64,000 bases of DNA, taken from positions 90,257 through 154,256 of the forward strand of contig CALUYY010000003.1 in NCBI GenBank assembly GCA_944325155.1. The letters run 5' to 3'. Of this stretch, positions 9,517-20,859 are shown one piece after another. The DNA comes from Candidatus Gastranaerophilales bacterium (GTDB lineage: Bacteria; Cyanobacteriota; Vampirovibrionia; Gastranaerophilales; Gastranaerophilaceae). Under the pieces are notes generated by a model, which was not told where the DNA came from, did no database searches, and was given only the letters and a program-made list of their open reading frames with translations. A program made the position numbers and the translations under genes. How positions within the stretch are numbered: position 1 is the first letter of the stretch; every line of letters begins with the position of its first letter.

Positions 9517-9545
9517 ATGTTAAAATAAAGTATTACATTTGTCAA
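9517..9545 (-). promoter_or_regulatory. sigma70-like promoter for the 84-codon ORF
   Basis: On the minus strand: TTGACA (9540..9545), 17-nt spacer, TAACAT (9517..9522), followed by the GGAGG ribosome-binding site. Confidence 0.5.
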
Positions 9546-9615
9546 GGTTAAAGATAATAATTTGATAAAATCTTTATATCTTCTTTTTTATAAAAAGGAA
9601 TTAAAATTAAAAAAC

Positions 9616-10641
9616 CTAATCCATAACGCCCATGTCTTTTAATTTTTGCAATTTTTCGCTTCTGTTTATTGTCTTTAAATAAAAACTCATAGGATAACTT
9701 TCAAATAATTGCGTCATAAATTCATAACCGTCGGATGAATATTTTTTGCCCTTATTTTGAAGCGCTTTTGTATATTTTGAAATAACTTCTATGGTGTTTC
9801 CGACAGCTTCATTCTTATCATTATCGCTTATAAAATGAGAAGATTCATCATAACTTGAAAGATAAGTATTTAAATATTCAATATTTGTAAGCGCCCAAAG
9901 AGCGTTCCCCAAATCGTTTTTATAAGGAGCCTTGTATTTATCAAGGTCAATTATCTCTATTGAACCTTTATCTTCATCCAATAAAAAGTTATTCGGATTG
10001 TAATAATCAAATTTATATCCCGCTTCATCAAGCTCAATAAATTTATCTATTAAATCATCATAAGCGCTCTGGGGCATGGAAGCTAAAATTTTTAAACATT
10101 TTGCATAATGTTCCTTGCGCTCGATTGCCTCATAAGAAATTTCGCCTTCCCTTAATTTTCCGCTTTCTTCAAAAATGGCAGAAGGGGGCGGGTTTCCGTT
10201 TGTAATTCCCTGTTGTTTCAATAAAACTTCAATTGAAGGTTTATGAACATCGTCAGATTGAATTAAAGCAGCCTGCTGCCCGAAATTGCTTTTTAAATTC
10301 TTATCTTTTGTATCTTTAATTTTATAATCGCTAAAATCCGTTTCATCCGGGTCAAAATAGCTTCTTGGCACCCTTAAAACGTAATCATCGTTACCTTCTA
10401 TTTTATAAACGCTGTTTGAAAAACCCTGCCCCAAAAGGTTTTCTTCGCTGAAAGATTCTTTTAATCCTTTATTTAAAAAATCGTTTTCTTCTGCCCATTT
10501 GATAAATTCATTATCAAGAGGCTTTTTTTGCTCCGATTTTATAAAACAATCGTTTTGAACGCCGCTTCCTTTGAACGAAACATTCCTTCCGCCTTTAAAT
10601 TGAAGAGGCGCCGTATTGAATAAATTTATGCCGTTTATCAT
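9616..10641 (-). CDS. hypothetical protein with protein-kinase-like (ePK/APH) fold motifs
   Basis: Gly-rich loop GQGFSNSVY, catalytic-loop-like FDYYNPNNFLL (D-x4-N), metal-binding-like IIDLD. Start moved from 10680 to ATG 10641 because AAGAAGG lies upstream of it. Confidence 0.55.
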   Translation of the reverse strand: MINGINLFNTAPLQFKGGRNVSFKGSGVQNDCFIKSEQKKPLDNEFIKWAEENDFLNKGLKESFSEENLLGQGFSNSVYKIEGNDDYVLRVPRSYFDPDETDFSDYKIKDTKDKNLKSNFGQQAALIQSDDVHKPSIEVLLKQQGITNGNPPPSAIFEESGKLREGEISYEAIERKEHYAKCLKILASMPQSAYDDLIDKFIELDEAGYKFDYYNPNNFLLDEDKGSIEIIDLDKYKAPYKNDLGNALWALTNIEYLNTYLSSYDESSHFISDNDKNEAVGNTIEVISKYTKALQNKGKKYSSDGYEFMTQLFESYPMSFYLKTINRSEKLQKLKDMGVMD

Positions 10642-10691
10642 AACCAAACCTTCTTTATATATATTTATATAAAAATTCAAAATATAAAAAA

Positions 10692-10719
10692 TTGACTTAT
10701 TTTTATGTTAAATTATGTT
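10692..10719 (+). promoter_or_regulatory. candidate gyrB promoter
   Basis: TTGACT (10692..10697), 16-nt spacer, TATGTT (10714..10719). A strong GGGGAG RBS precedes the gyrB ATG. Confidence 0.3.
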
Positions 10720-10752
10720 TGTAATTTGGCTCATGCGGCGTTTTTGTGCTAG

Positions 10753-13230
<2,478 letters not shown>

Positions 13231-13257
13231 AAAACGGGGGTTTAACCCCCGTTTTTT
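13231..13257. terminator. Bidirectional terminator shared by convergent gyrB and eno
   Basis: AAAA-CGGGGGTT-T-AACCCCCG-TTTTTT. Confidence 0.75.
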
Positions 13258-13258
13258 A

Positions 13259-14569
13259 TTACCCGTGGCAATTACATCTTTTACAATTATTTTTTGCATT
13301 TTTAAAATAAGAATTAATTCCTAAATATTTTCCCCTTAATTCATTTTCAATTTCAATAAGCCTGTTATATTTTGCAACTCTTTCAGACCTCGTAACGGAA
13401 CCCGTTTTTATTAACCCCGAATTAACGCCCACCGCAAAATCAGCTATAAATACGTCTTCCGTTTCATTTGATCTGTGGGATATTATATATTTATAATTTG
13501 CATTTTTTGCAATTTCAATAGTTTCCATGGTTTCCGTTATTGTTCCTATCTGGTTTAATTTAATCAATATTGCATTTGCGATATTATTATTTATCCCTTC
13601 TTTAAGCAATTTCGGATTTGTCGTAAACAAATCATCCCCGACAATCAAACACTTATCTTTCAATTCATCCGTCAAAATTCTCCAGCCCGTATAATCATCC
13701 TGCGCCATGCCGTCTTCAATTGATATAACGGGATAATCTTCCGTTAATTCCGATAAATACTCGCACATTCCTTTCCTGTCCAATTCTAATTTCTCGCCTT
13801 TTAATTTATATTTTTCATCCTCATAAAATTCGCTTGATGCTATATCAAGGCAAATTTTAACATCATCGGACGTATACCCCGCTTCATAAATTGCTTTTAT
13901 AATCAAATCTATCGCTTCCCTGTTTGATTTTAAATCCGGAGCAAATCCGCCTTCAAGACCGACAGAGGTTATTTTATCTTCTTTTTCCAATATATTTTTC
14001 AGAGAATAAAAAACATTTGATGAAATCATCATTGCTTCAAAAAAATTTAGTGCACCCGCAGGCGTTATCATAAATTCCTGAAAATCAAGATTATTCTGCG
14101 CATGAACTCCGCCGTTTATAATGTTTATCATGGGAGTTGGCATTATATTTGCGCTCATTCCTCCTATATATTTATATAAAGGAATATTTAAACAATTTGA
14201 AGCACAGGCGCAAACAGCCATAGAAACCCCCAAAACGGCATTTGCTCCCAATTTTGATTTATTATCGGTGTTATCAAGTTCAATTAAAATGTTATCAATT
14301 CCTTTTTGATTAAATACATCTTTTTGAACAAGCTCTTTTTTAATTATATTATTTACGTTATCAACGGCTTTTTGAACACTTTGACCCATAAATAAAGATT
14401 GATTGTTGTCTTTTAATTCATGCGCTTCAAACTTTCCTTTAGACGTGCCGTTAGGGACATTTGCAAAACCTTTTACGCCGGAGTCTGCCTCAACTTCTAC
14501 CCTTACAGTGGGCAGTCCGCTTGAATTTAAAATCTGCCATGCTTTTATATCTTTTATTTTATTTTCCAT
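13259..14569 (-). CDS. eno: enolase (phosphopyruvate hydratase)
   Basis: 436 aa. IKAWQILNSSGLPTVRVEV N-terminus and the signature IKLNQIGTITET followed by SHRSNETED. Confidence 0.95.
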   Translation of the reverse strand: MENKIKDIKAWQILNSSGLPTVRVEVEADSGVKGFANVPNGTSKGKFEAHELKDNNQSLFMGQSVQKAVDNVNNIIKKELVQKDVFNQKGIDNILIELDNTDNKSKLGANAVLGVSMAVCACASNCLNIPLYKYIGGMSANIMPTPMINIINGGVHAQNNLDFQEFMITPAGALNFFEAMMISSNVFYSLKNILEKEDKITSVGLEGGFAPDLKSNREAIDLIIKAIYEAGYTSDDVKICLDIASSEFYEDEKYKLKGEKLELDRKGMCEYLSELTEDYPVISIEDGMAQDDYTGWRILTDELKDKCLIVGDDLFTTNPKLLKEGINNNIANAILIKLNQIGTITETMETIEIAKNANYKYIISHRSNETEDVFIADFAVGVNSGLIKTGSVTRSERVAKYNRLIEIENELRGKYLGINSYFKNAKNNCKRCNCHG

Positions 14570-14742
14570 AAAAATATATACTCCTTATTTCTAAAAAGAG
14601 TATTTTTGAAAATAAAAGAAGGCTCAATTGCTTATATGGCTTAATCTTTACATGGATATAAAGATTATATTAAAAAAAACGGTTTTTAATTTTATTTGCT
14701 TTATAATTCAAAACATATTGAAACTTACATAAAGGAGAGAAG

Positions 14743-15069
14743 ATGCAGGCAGTACTATCAAACAGCAGCACAAAAGAATTACAAAACACAAAAGCTCAAT
14801 TGCATACTTTATTCGAAAAACTTGAAAACGCAGACAACGCAGCTAAAAATTCAATTGAAAACGATATCGTAAATTTCGGAACATCGGCAATCGATTTTCT
14901 TATTGATAAATTAACCGGTTCAAAAGGAATTCAAAGAGGCGTTGCCGCAATGAGCTTAATCAGAATCGGCGAAAGCTCGATTACTCCTTTAAAACAGCTT
15001 GCAGACGTTAACAAAAACTGCAACTGGGTTGCTAACTATATCATCAAAGAAATAAACGGAACATTTTAA
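14743..15069 (+). CDS. small HEAT-repeat-like hypothetical protein
   Basis: 108 aa. AAGGAGAGAAG RBS. Helical-repeat pattern AIDFLIDKLTGSKGIQRGVAAMSLIRIGESSITPLKQL resembles PBS-lyase/HEAT repeats. Confidence 0.5.
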   Translation: MQAVLSNSSTKELQNTKAQLHTLFEKLENADNAAKNSIENDIVNFGTSAIDFLIDKLTGSKGIQRGVAAMSLIRIGESSITPLKQLADVNKNCNWVANYIIKEINGTF

Positions 15070-15161
15070 TTACCTTTTAAAATTGCCCCCGAAGGGAATA
15101 AAAAGAAATAAAATAATCCACAAAGATAATCCCTGTCGGCAATGAAGATAATATTTTAAAA

Positions 15162-15204
15162 GTGCATAATTCATTTAAAGAATAAATTGAATTATGCACT
15201 TTTT
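15162..15204 (+). terminator. rho-independent terminator (or leader hairpin) between the HEAT-like ORF and the SLH protein gene
   Basis: GTGCATAATTCA - 14-nt loop - TGAATTATGCAC followed by TTTTT. Only about 38 nt separate it from the next ATG. Confidence 0.6.
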
Positions 15205-15242
15205 GCATTTAAAAAAATATTTCTTTAATAAAAGGAGGAAAG

Positions 15243-17147
15243 ATGACCATTAAAAAATTATTACTCACAGCGACTGCCGTTGCAACAGTCTTTGCCTTTA
15301 CGGTTCCGGTCAGTTTCGCTGCATGCCCGACAGGCGGCGCCTGCCCGATTGATTCGGTTCAGCAGGTAACGCCCGACAATGCGGTTTGTTCAAAATGCAA
15401 ACATAAAAAAACGGACTGCAAATGTAAAAAACAAAAACGTGCAAAAAAATGCGACCCGTGTGAAACGGGAGCAGCAGCACCATGTGATTCTTGCAAAAAA
15501 GAAAAGTGTAAAAAACCGTGTTATGAAGACAAAGTTCAATTAAAACAACAATCTTACGCATACCCGGGCGCCGTATATTCAAACGCCAACAATTCAATCT
15601 TAGGTGATGCAATTACAAATTCGGCAATGCTTCAGGATGCAAAAACGGGGCTTGTTGCCGGTGTTCCCGTTGAAGATCAATGTCTGACGGGCGCTGCCGC
15701 ACCGGTTTTGGATGAAAGCATTCTTCCAAAAAAGGACTGCTGCCCGGAGCCGAATATTCAATCACCCAATACCATGAAAGTTACATACAAAGAAATGGTT
15801 CCCTGCTTAGATAAAAAAGCGGACTGCGGGTGCCAAACGGGAGCCGCAAGTTCAATCGGCGCTCAAAAATATCCCGATGTCCCAAACGGATACTGGGCTT
15901 CTAAAGATATTAACCGCCTGACGGATCAGTGCGTAGTTGTAGGATATCCCGATAATCTTTTTAAGCCCGACAAAAATATCTCACGAGCAGAAATGGCGTC
16001 TATGGTAGTTAAAGGCTATAACCTTGAAAATACTCCGATGAGCCAAACCGGTGATTTTAAAGATGTTTCAAAAAATTATTGGGCTTATGAAGCCATAAAT
16101 AAAGGTGTTTCATCAAATATGCTTGCGGGGCACCCCGACGGAAAATTCCACCCGAATAGCCCTATCACAAGATGTGAAGCATTATCCATTTTATCAAAAG
16201 GCATAAACTGTCCGATGGATAACTGTAAAGCCGATGAAATCTTAAATAAATTCACGGACGGAAACAGCGTTCCTTCCTGGGCAAAAGAACACGTTGCAAA
16301 AGCTATTGATAACGGCGCCTTAAAAGACAGTCTTTATACAAATAAAATAAGACCCCAGGATAAAGCAACGCGCGCCGAAGTTTCGTCAATGCTTCAAAAC
16401 GTAAGAATTGCGGGCGGCTATGACAGCGAGCCTTCAACAAAAACGGCAATAGGCCCCACAAAAACGACATACGTTGAACAGGAAACCCCCGTTTGCATTC
16501 CCACTTTATCTTTAGAGATGAAAGATATAATTAACGCAAAAAATGCTAACGTAGGCGAAAAATTCGCAGCCGTAACAACGCATGATATAACGATAAACGG
16601 CGTAACATACCCCTGCGGAAGCCGCGTTAACGGCAAAGTAACCGAAGTTATAAGACCTTCCAAATGTAATGACGGCGGCTTAAAGCTTGCATTCACGGAA
16701 ATTGTCGACTGCGACGGCTGCAAACAAACTCTTCCCAAACAGGTCTTAACCGCAAGAGTTGAAAAACAAAAAGATATTAACGGTATTATAAGATTTATCG
16801 AAATGCCTTTTACTCTTGTAGGTTCAACTTTGGGTAACGTCGGAAGAACCGTGGGCGGTATGCTTGTCGGCCTCGGCAACGCTTCGGAAGCCCTTTTGGA
16901 TCAGGTCGGAACGGGAACGGGAGAAGTCTTCTCGGGTAACTTTATGGCGGCGGGAAGAAGCTATGCAGACGGCATCAAAACAACCTTTAAAGCTCCCGTT
17001 GACTTAACAAGAACCGCACTTTCAGGCACAATGGGCTTATTCCAAAACGCAGGCGACGAGCTTACTTATCTTGTTGACGGCTCCGGCAACAGGATAACAA
17101 GAGTTAATCCCAAAGAAAAAATCACAATTGCGTTTGGCAACAATTAA
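15243..17147 (+). CDS. SLH-domain envelope protein (signal peptide, Cys-rich module, 3 SLH repeats, beta-rich C-terminal domain)
   Basis: AGGAGG RBS. Signal peptide MTIKKLLLTATAVATVFAFTVPVSFA. SLH repeats start at YPDVPNGYWASKDINRL, FKDVSKNYWAYEAINKG and FTDGNSVPSWAKEHVAKA. Confidence 0.85.
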   Translation: MTIKKLLLTATAVATVFAFTVPVSFAACPTGGACPIDSVQQVTPDNAVCSKCKHKKTDCKCKKQKRAKKCDPCETGAAAPCDSCKKEKCKKPCYEDKVQLKQQSYAYPGAVYSNANNSILGDAITNSAMLQDAKTGLVAGVPVEDQCLTGAAAPVLDESILPKKDCCPEPNIQSPNTMKVTYKEMVPCLDKKADCGCQTGAASSIGAQKYPDVPNGYWASKDINRLTDQCVVVGYPDNLFKPDKNISRAEMASMVVKGYNLENTPMSQTGDFKDVSKNYWAYEAINKGVSSNMLAGHPDGKFHPNSPITRCEALSILSKGINCPMDNCKADEILNKFTDGNSVPSWAKEHVAKAIDNGALKDSLYTNKIRPQDKATRAEVSSMLQNVRIAGGYDSEPSTKTAIGPTKTTYVEQETPVCIPTLSLEMKDIINAKNANVGEKFAAVTTHDITINGVTYPCGSRVNGKVTEVIRPSKCNDGGLKLAFTEIVDCDGCKQTLPKQVLTARVEKQKDINGIIRFIEMPFTLVGSTLGNVGRTVGGMLVGLGNASEALLDQVGTGTGEVFSGNFMAAGRSYADGIKTTFKAPVDLTRTALSGTMGLFQNAGDELTYLVDGSGNRITRVNPKEKITIAFGNN

Positions 17148-17313
17148 AAAACAACAAAATTTAATAAAATAACCGAAAAGGAAGGTTTGTTGTTTTACCT
17201 CCTTGAGGCAAAAGGACTCTTTTATATAAAGGGTTCTTTTGTTTTATAAAAATGTTAAGCAAATAAAAGCTCATTTAGATTGTTTTATTTCTTCATGGTA
17301 CAATTTGCTTGTT

Positions 17314-17946
17314 ATGTCAAAAAAGAAAAAGATATATATAATTCTCTTTTCATTATTGGTTTTAGTATGTCTTTTCGGGTTTATCTGGTCTTTTACCGTA
17401 ACCAAAGACATCAGAAAAAGCCAAAAGAAAGGTGAGGAAAAAGGAGAACAGAGTCAGGTTGCAACCGTTAAAAATCTTATTTTAACGGAAACCAAAGACG
17501 GCGCCATATACTGGGAATTATATGCCCAAAAAGGAAGCTATAACAGCCAAACGGGAGATGTTATCTTAACAAACGCAACGGGCAATTTTTATGACGAGAA
17601 TAATAAAGTTGTCTTAAGTTTTGAATCGGACTTAGGAACGTATGACGAAAAAACAAAAGTTATTGTTCTGAGGGGCCATACTTTTATTGTTGCCCATGAC
17701 GGCTCTGCCATCAAAGCGGATGAAATTGTCTGGAAGGGGTCTGATGAAGATATAATTGCAAAAGGAAACGTTATCGTTAACAGAAACAAAGATTTTATCT
17801 CGACCGCAAATCGGGCAAGATTTAACAGCGAGCTTACTTTTTTTGAAATCACGGGCGACACGCAGACAAATGTTTATTCAACGGATGATGACACACCACA
17901 GCAATTAAACGACGAAACAATTAATGTAACAGGCGGGGAAGAATGA
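17314..17946 (+). CDS. lptC: LPS export system protein LptC-like
   Basis: Start taken at MSKKKKIYIILFSLLVLVCLFGF (single N-terminal TM anchor), followed by a beta-jellyroll-like body. ATGA overlap with the lptA-like gene. Confidence 0.65.
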   Translation: MSKKKKIYIILFSLLVLVCLFGFIWSFTVTKDIRKSQKKGEEKGEQSQVATVKNLILTETKDGAIYWELYAQKGSYNSQTGDVILTNATGNFYDENNKVVLSFESDLGTYDEKTKVIVLRGHTFIVAHDGSAIKADEIVWKGSDEDIIAKGNVIVNRNKDFISTANRARFNSELTFFEITGDTQTNVYSTDDDTPQQLNDETINVTGGEE

Positions 17947-18908
17947 AAAAAATATTAATATCTGCTTTATTTATTATTCTTTGTTATCAAATAACGGCTT
18001 TCGCCGATAACAATGTTGTAATTGAAGCAAAAAAACAGGAAATTAAAGTAGATAAAAATAAAGGCTATTTCAACGGAGATGTTAAAGTAACGGTGGGGGA
18101 CGTTACCGTTCAAAGCCCCAGAGCCGAGCTTGATTTAGACCCCGAAACAAAAAAACCGTCTCTTGCCGTTTTCTTTGATAACCCTTATGCGTTTCAAAAC
18201 AAAGACAACAAAAAACACGAAATCAAAGCAAGAATAATGAAGGTTTCTTTAATCAAGAAAAGCATTCTTGCGGAAGGCGACACGCAATCTATCATGTTAA
18301 AAGACCGCCAGCCCGTAATTACAATAAATGCCGATATGCAGCAATACGACACAAATACAAAATTAATGAAAGCAAAAGGTTCCGTTATCGTTCATTATAA
18401 CGATGTCGAAACTTTCTCGGAATCTGCAAGTGCAATTTTGGATAAAGAAGGCACGGTAAAAGATTTAAAATTGACGGATAACGTCGTAATTAAAGAAGGC
18501 GTTAACGTTTTAAAAGGAAATAAATTTGAATATATCTCATCCCGAGAAGAATATTATTTAACGGGAAACACTTCAAGCGATTTAACCTTTGAAGACGGAA
18601 CAAGATTATTTGTTCAATCCAGATACCAGCAATACAACAGATTAACAAACAATATTATAGCGGGCGGAGATGTAAGGGTTAAATTTAAAGATTATTTTGC
18701 GCAAGGACCGAAAGCCCAGCTTTTTGTAGACCCGAAAACGCAAAAACCGAGAGAAGTAATCTTTACGGGGCGTTCAAAAATTACTCAAAACGGCAGCACG
18801 GTTGAAGCGGACAGAATAAGAATGACAATGAACCCGAAAGAATTTTTTGCTGACGGAAACGTCAAAACAAGTATCCAAGGTAGCGACAGTATGGAGATTA
18901 TGCCTTAA
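17943..18908 (+). CDS. lptA: OstA/LptA-family periplasmic LPS transport protein, unusually long (321 aa)
   Basis: Signal peptide MKKILISALFIILCYQITAFA. Repeated OstA-like strands (GDVKVTVGDVTVQSPRAELD, GSVIVHYNDVETFSESASAIL, GGDVRVKFKDYFAQGPKAQL, ADGNVKT). Confidence 0.7.
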   Translation: MKKILISALFIILCYQITAFADNNVVIEAKKQEIKVDKNKGYFNGDVKVTVGDVTVQSPRAELDLDPETKKPSLAVFFDNPYAFQNKDNKKHEIKARIMKVSLIKKSILAEGDTQSIMLKDRQPVITINADMQQYDTNTKLMKAKGSVIVHYNDVETFSESASAILDKEGTVKDLKLTDNVVIKEGVNVLKGNKFEYISSREEYYLTGNTSSDLTFEDGTRLFVQSRYQQYNRLTNNIIAGGDVRVKFKDYFAQGPKAQLFVDPKTQKPREVIFTGRSKITQNGSTVEADRIRMTMNPKEFFADGNVKTSIQGSDSMEIMP

Positions 18909-18910
18909 TT

Positions 18911-19729
18911 ATGAATATCACACTGGAACATAAACAATGCTTAATAGCGGGCGACGGGAATCTTCCCGTCAAAATGGCGCAGACGGCGCAGGAAAACGGT
19001 TTTGAAGTAGTTGCAATTTCATTATCATCGGATAATCATAAAGAATTGCAGAAATATTGCTCAAAAGTATATTCATACAGTCCCGGGCAGGTTAACTCAA
19101 TTAAAAAAGCTTTAATTGATGAAAACATTAAACAGTTAACTTTTTTGGGCAAGGTTTCAAAAACAATGCTTTTAAAACGCCCCAAGCTTGAACAAAGAGC
19201 AATCGAACTTTTGAGAGAAGTGCCGAAATTAAATGATGACGCCATTATGCTGAAAATTATTCAGGAACTGGAATCAATCGGAATCACCATTCTTGACCAG
19301 ACAATTTTTATAAAAAGTCTTATGGTGCAAAAAGGTGTTATGACAAAAAGAAAGCCGACCGAAGAACAATTAATCGATATCGAATACGGCTATAAAACGG
19401 CAAAGCAAATGGGACAGTTAGATATAGGACAATCCGTCGTTATGAAAGACAGAATGATTCTTGCCGTTGAAGCGATTGAAGGAACCGACAGGTGTATTAA
19501 AAGAGGCGCAAAGCTTGCAAGAAAAAAAGGCGCCGTTGTCGTTAAAGTTGCAAAGCCGAAACAGGATAAAAGGTTTGATATCCCCGCAGTCGGGCTTAAG
19601 ACGCTTAAAACAATGAAAAGATACGGTGCCGATGTATTGGCGCTTGAATCTCTTGAAACAATTATGGTTGAACAGCAAGAGATGATTAAATTTGCAGACA
19701 GAAACAATATGATAATTATGGCATTTTAA
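18911..19729 (+). CDS. lpxI: UDP-2,3-diacylglucosamine diphosphatase LpxI (DUF1009 family)
   Basis: 272 aa. CLIAGDGNLPV N-terminus, LAVEAIEGTDRCIKRG and KPKQDKRFDIPAVGLKTL motifs. Immediately upstream of lpxB. Confidence 0.85.
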   Translation: MNITLEHKQCLIAGDGNLPVKMAQTAQENGFEVVAISLSSDNHKELQKYCSKVYSYSPGQVNSIKKALIDENIKQLTFLGKVSKTMLLKRPKLEQRAIELLREVPKLNDDAIMLKIIQELESIGITILDQTIFIKSLMVQKGVMTKRKPTEEQLIDIEYGYKTAKQMGQLDIGQSVVMKDRMILAVEAIEGTDRCIKRGAKLARKKGAVVVKVAKPKQDKRFDIPAVGLKTLKTMKRYGADVLALESLETIMVEQQEMIKFADRNNMIIMAF

Positions 19730-19740
19730 AAAGGATTAAA

Positions 19741-20859
19741 ATGAGCCGAAAAAAGATATTTATAATTACGGGTGATTATTCGGGCGACAAGCACGCATCA
19801 GGCGTTGTCAAAGAATTAAAAAAAATTTCCGATGATTATATAATTGAAGGTATCGGCGGAATTAACCTGAAAAATACGGGGATAAAATTATTTTCGGACC
19901 AAAGCAAAATGAACGCCATGGGAATGACCCCCAAAACCGTAATTGAGCATTTTACTTTAGGAAAAAGAATAATAAATTATCTTAAAAACGATTTCAAGCC
20001 CGATTTGGTTTTGCTTGTCGATTACGGCGCATTTAATCTTGCAATTTCAAAAGTCTTGAAAAAAGAAGGAATAAGAACTTTTTATTTTATCCCGCCACAA
20101 ATCTGGGCCTCAAGAAAATGGCGCCTAAAAACAATAAAGAAAAATATTGAAAGAGTTTTCACCATTTTTCCTTTTGAAAATGAATTTTATGAAAAAGAAG
20201 GAATAAAAACCACATACTCCGGACACCCTTTAATAAAAGAACTGCCCCCGCCGGTTGATAAAAAAGAATTTTTTGAAAAACATAATCTTGATATAAATAA
20301 AAAATTAATAGGCGTTTTCCCGGGTTCAAGAGCGTTTGAAATCAAATATCTTTTTAAGATTTTTGAAGGCGCAGTAAAAATAATTGAGAAAAAAATGCCG
20401 GATGTGCAGTTTGTTTTTTCGCTGTCGCAAAATCTTAAAGATGACATCTATAAAACAAATTATAAAGTAATTAAGGGCGAAAACCATGCGCTTTTATCGG
20501 CATCGGACGCCCTTATTTTAGCCTCGGGCACCGTTGCGCTTGAAGCCGCATTATATAAAACACCGATGATTATAGCATACAAGGGGCCTTTTTTATTTTA
20601 TTTAATCTATCTTCTTGTAAGAACGATAGATAAGGCTTGTCTTGTTAATATAATTACAAAAAAAGACGCCGTGGACGAATTTTTAATGTATAATGCAACA
20701 AGTAAAAAAATAGCGGATAAAATAATTGAACTTATAAAAAATGAAAACATAAGAAACAAACAAATAGAAGCTCTTAAAGAAACAAAAAGGCTTCTTGGCG
20801 ATAAACACTGTGTTGAAGTTGTTGCAAAAAAAATTGATGAGGAGTTAAAAAATGGCTAA
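19741..20859 (+). CDS. lpxB: lipid-A-disaccharide synthase
   Basis: 372 aa. KIFIITGDYSGDKHA N-terminus, YFIPPQIWASRKWR, and C-terminal ASGTVALEAAL. Confidence 0.9.
   Translation: MSRKKIFIITGDYSGDKHASGVVKELKKISDDYIIEGIGGINLKNTGIKLFSDQSKMNAMGMTPKTVIEHFTLGKRIINYLKNDFKPDLVLLVDYGAFNLAISKVLKKEGIRTFYFIPPQIWASRKWRLKTIKKNIERVFTIFPFENEFYEKEGIKTTYSGHPLIKELPPPVDKKEFFEKHNLDINKKLIGVFPGSRAFEIKYLFKIFEGAVKIIEKKMPDVQFVFSLSQNLKDDIYKTNYKVIKGENHALLSASDALILASGTVALEAALYKTPMIIAYKGPFLFYLIYLLVRTIDKACLVNIITKKDAVDEFLMYNATSKKIADKIIELIKNENIRNKQIEALKETKRLLGDKHCVEVVAKKIDEELKNG

Noticed and set aside
13259-13297. Cys-rich C-terminal tail on enolase (NCKRCNCHG) as a possible metal-binding extension.
   Set aside because: It is only ~12 residues beyond the usual enolase end, running into the shared terminator. 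This is most simply incidental read-on to the first stop, and there is no supporting context.
17147-17196. Inverted repeat AAAACAACAAA ... TTTGTTGTTTT after the SLH gene as a terminator.
   Set aside because: The stem is almost pure A:U with a ~26-nt loop. It would be too weak to call, and no better hairpin was seen before lptC.
17239-17313. N-terminal extensions offered by the ORF track: lptC from 17239, kdsC from 33375, kinase-like ORF from 10680, 183-aa ORF from 49111, 35905 ORF from 35887.
   Set aside because: Internal starts give canonical N-termini (TM anchor MSKKKK..., HAD motif close to the start). They also have better RBS and remove overlaps with the upstream gene. The extended parts have no homology-like features. 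The starts remain uncertain by a few codons.
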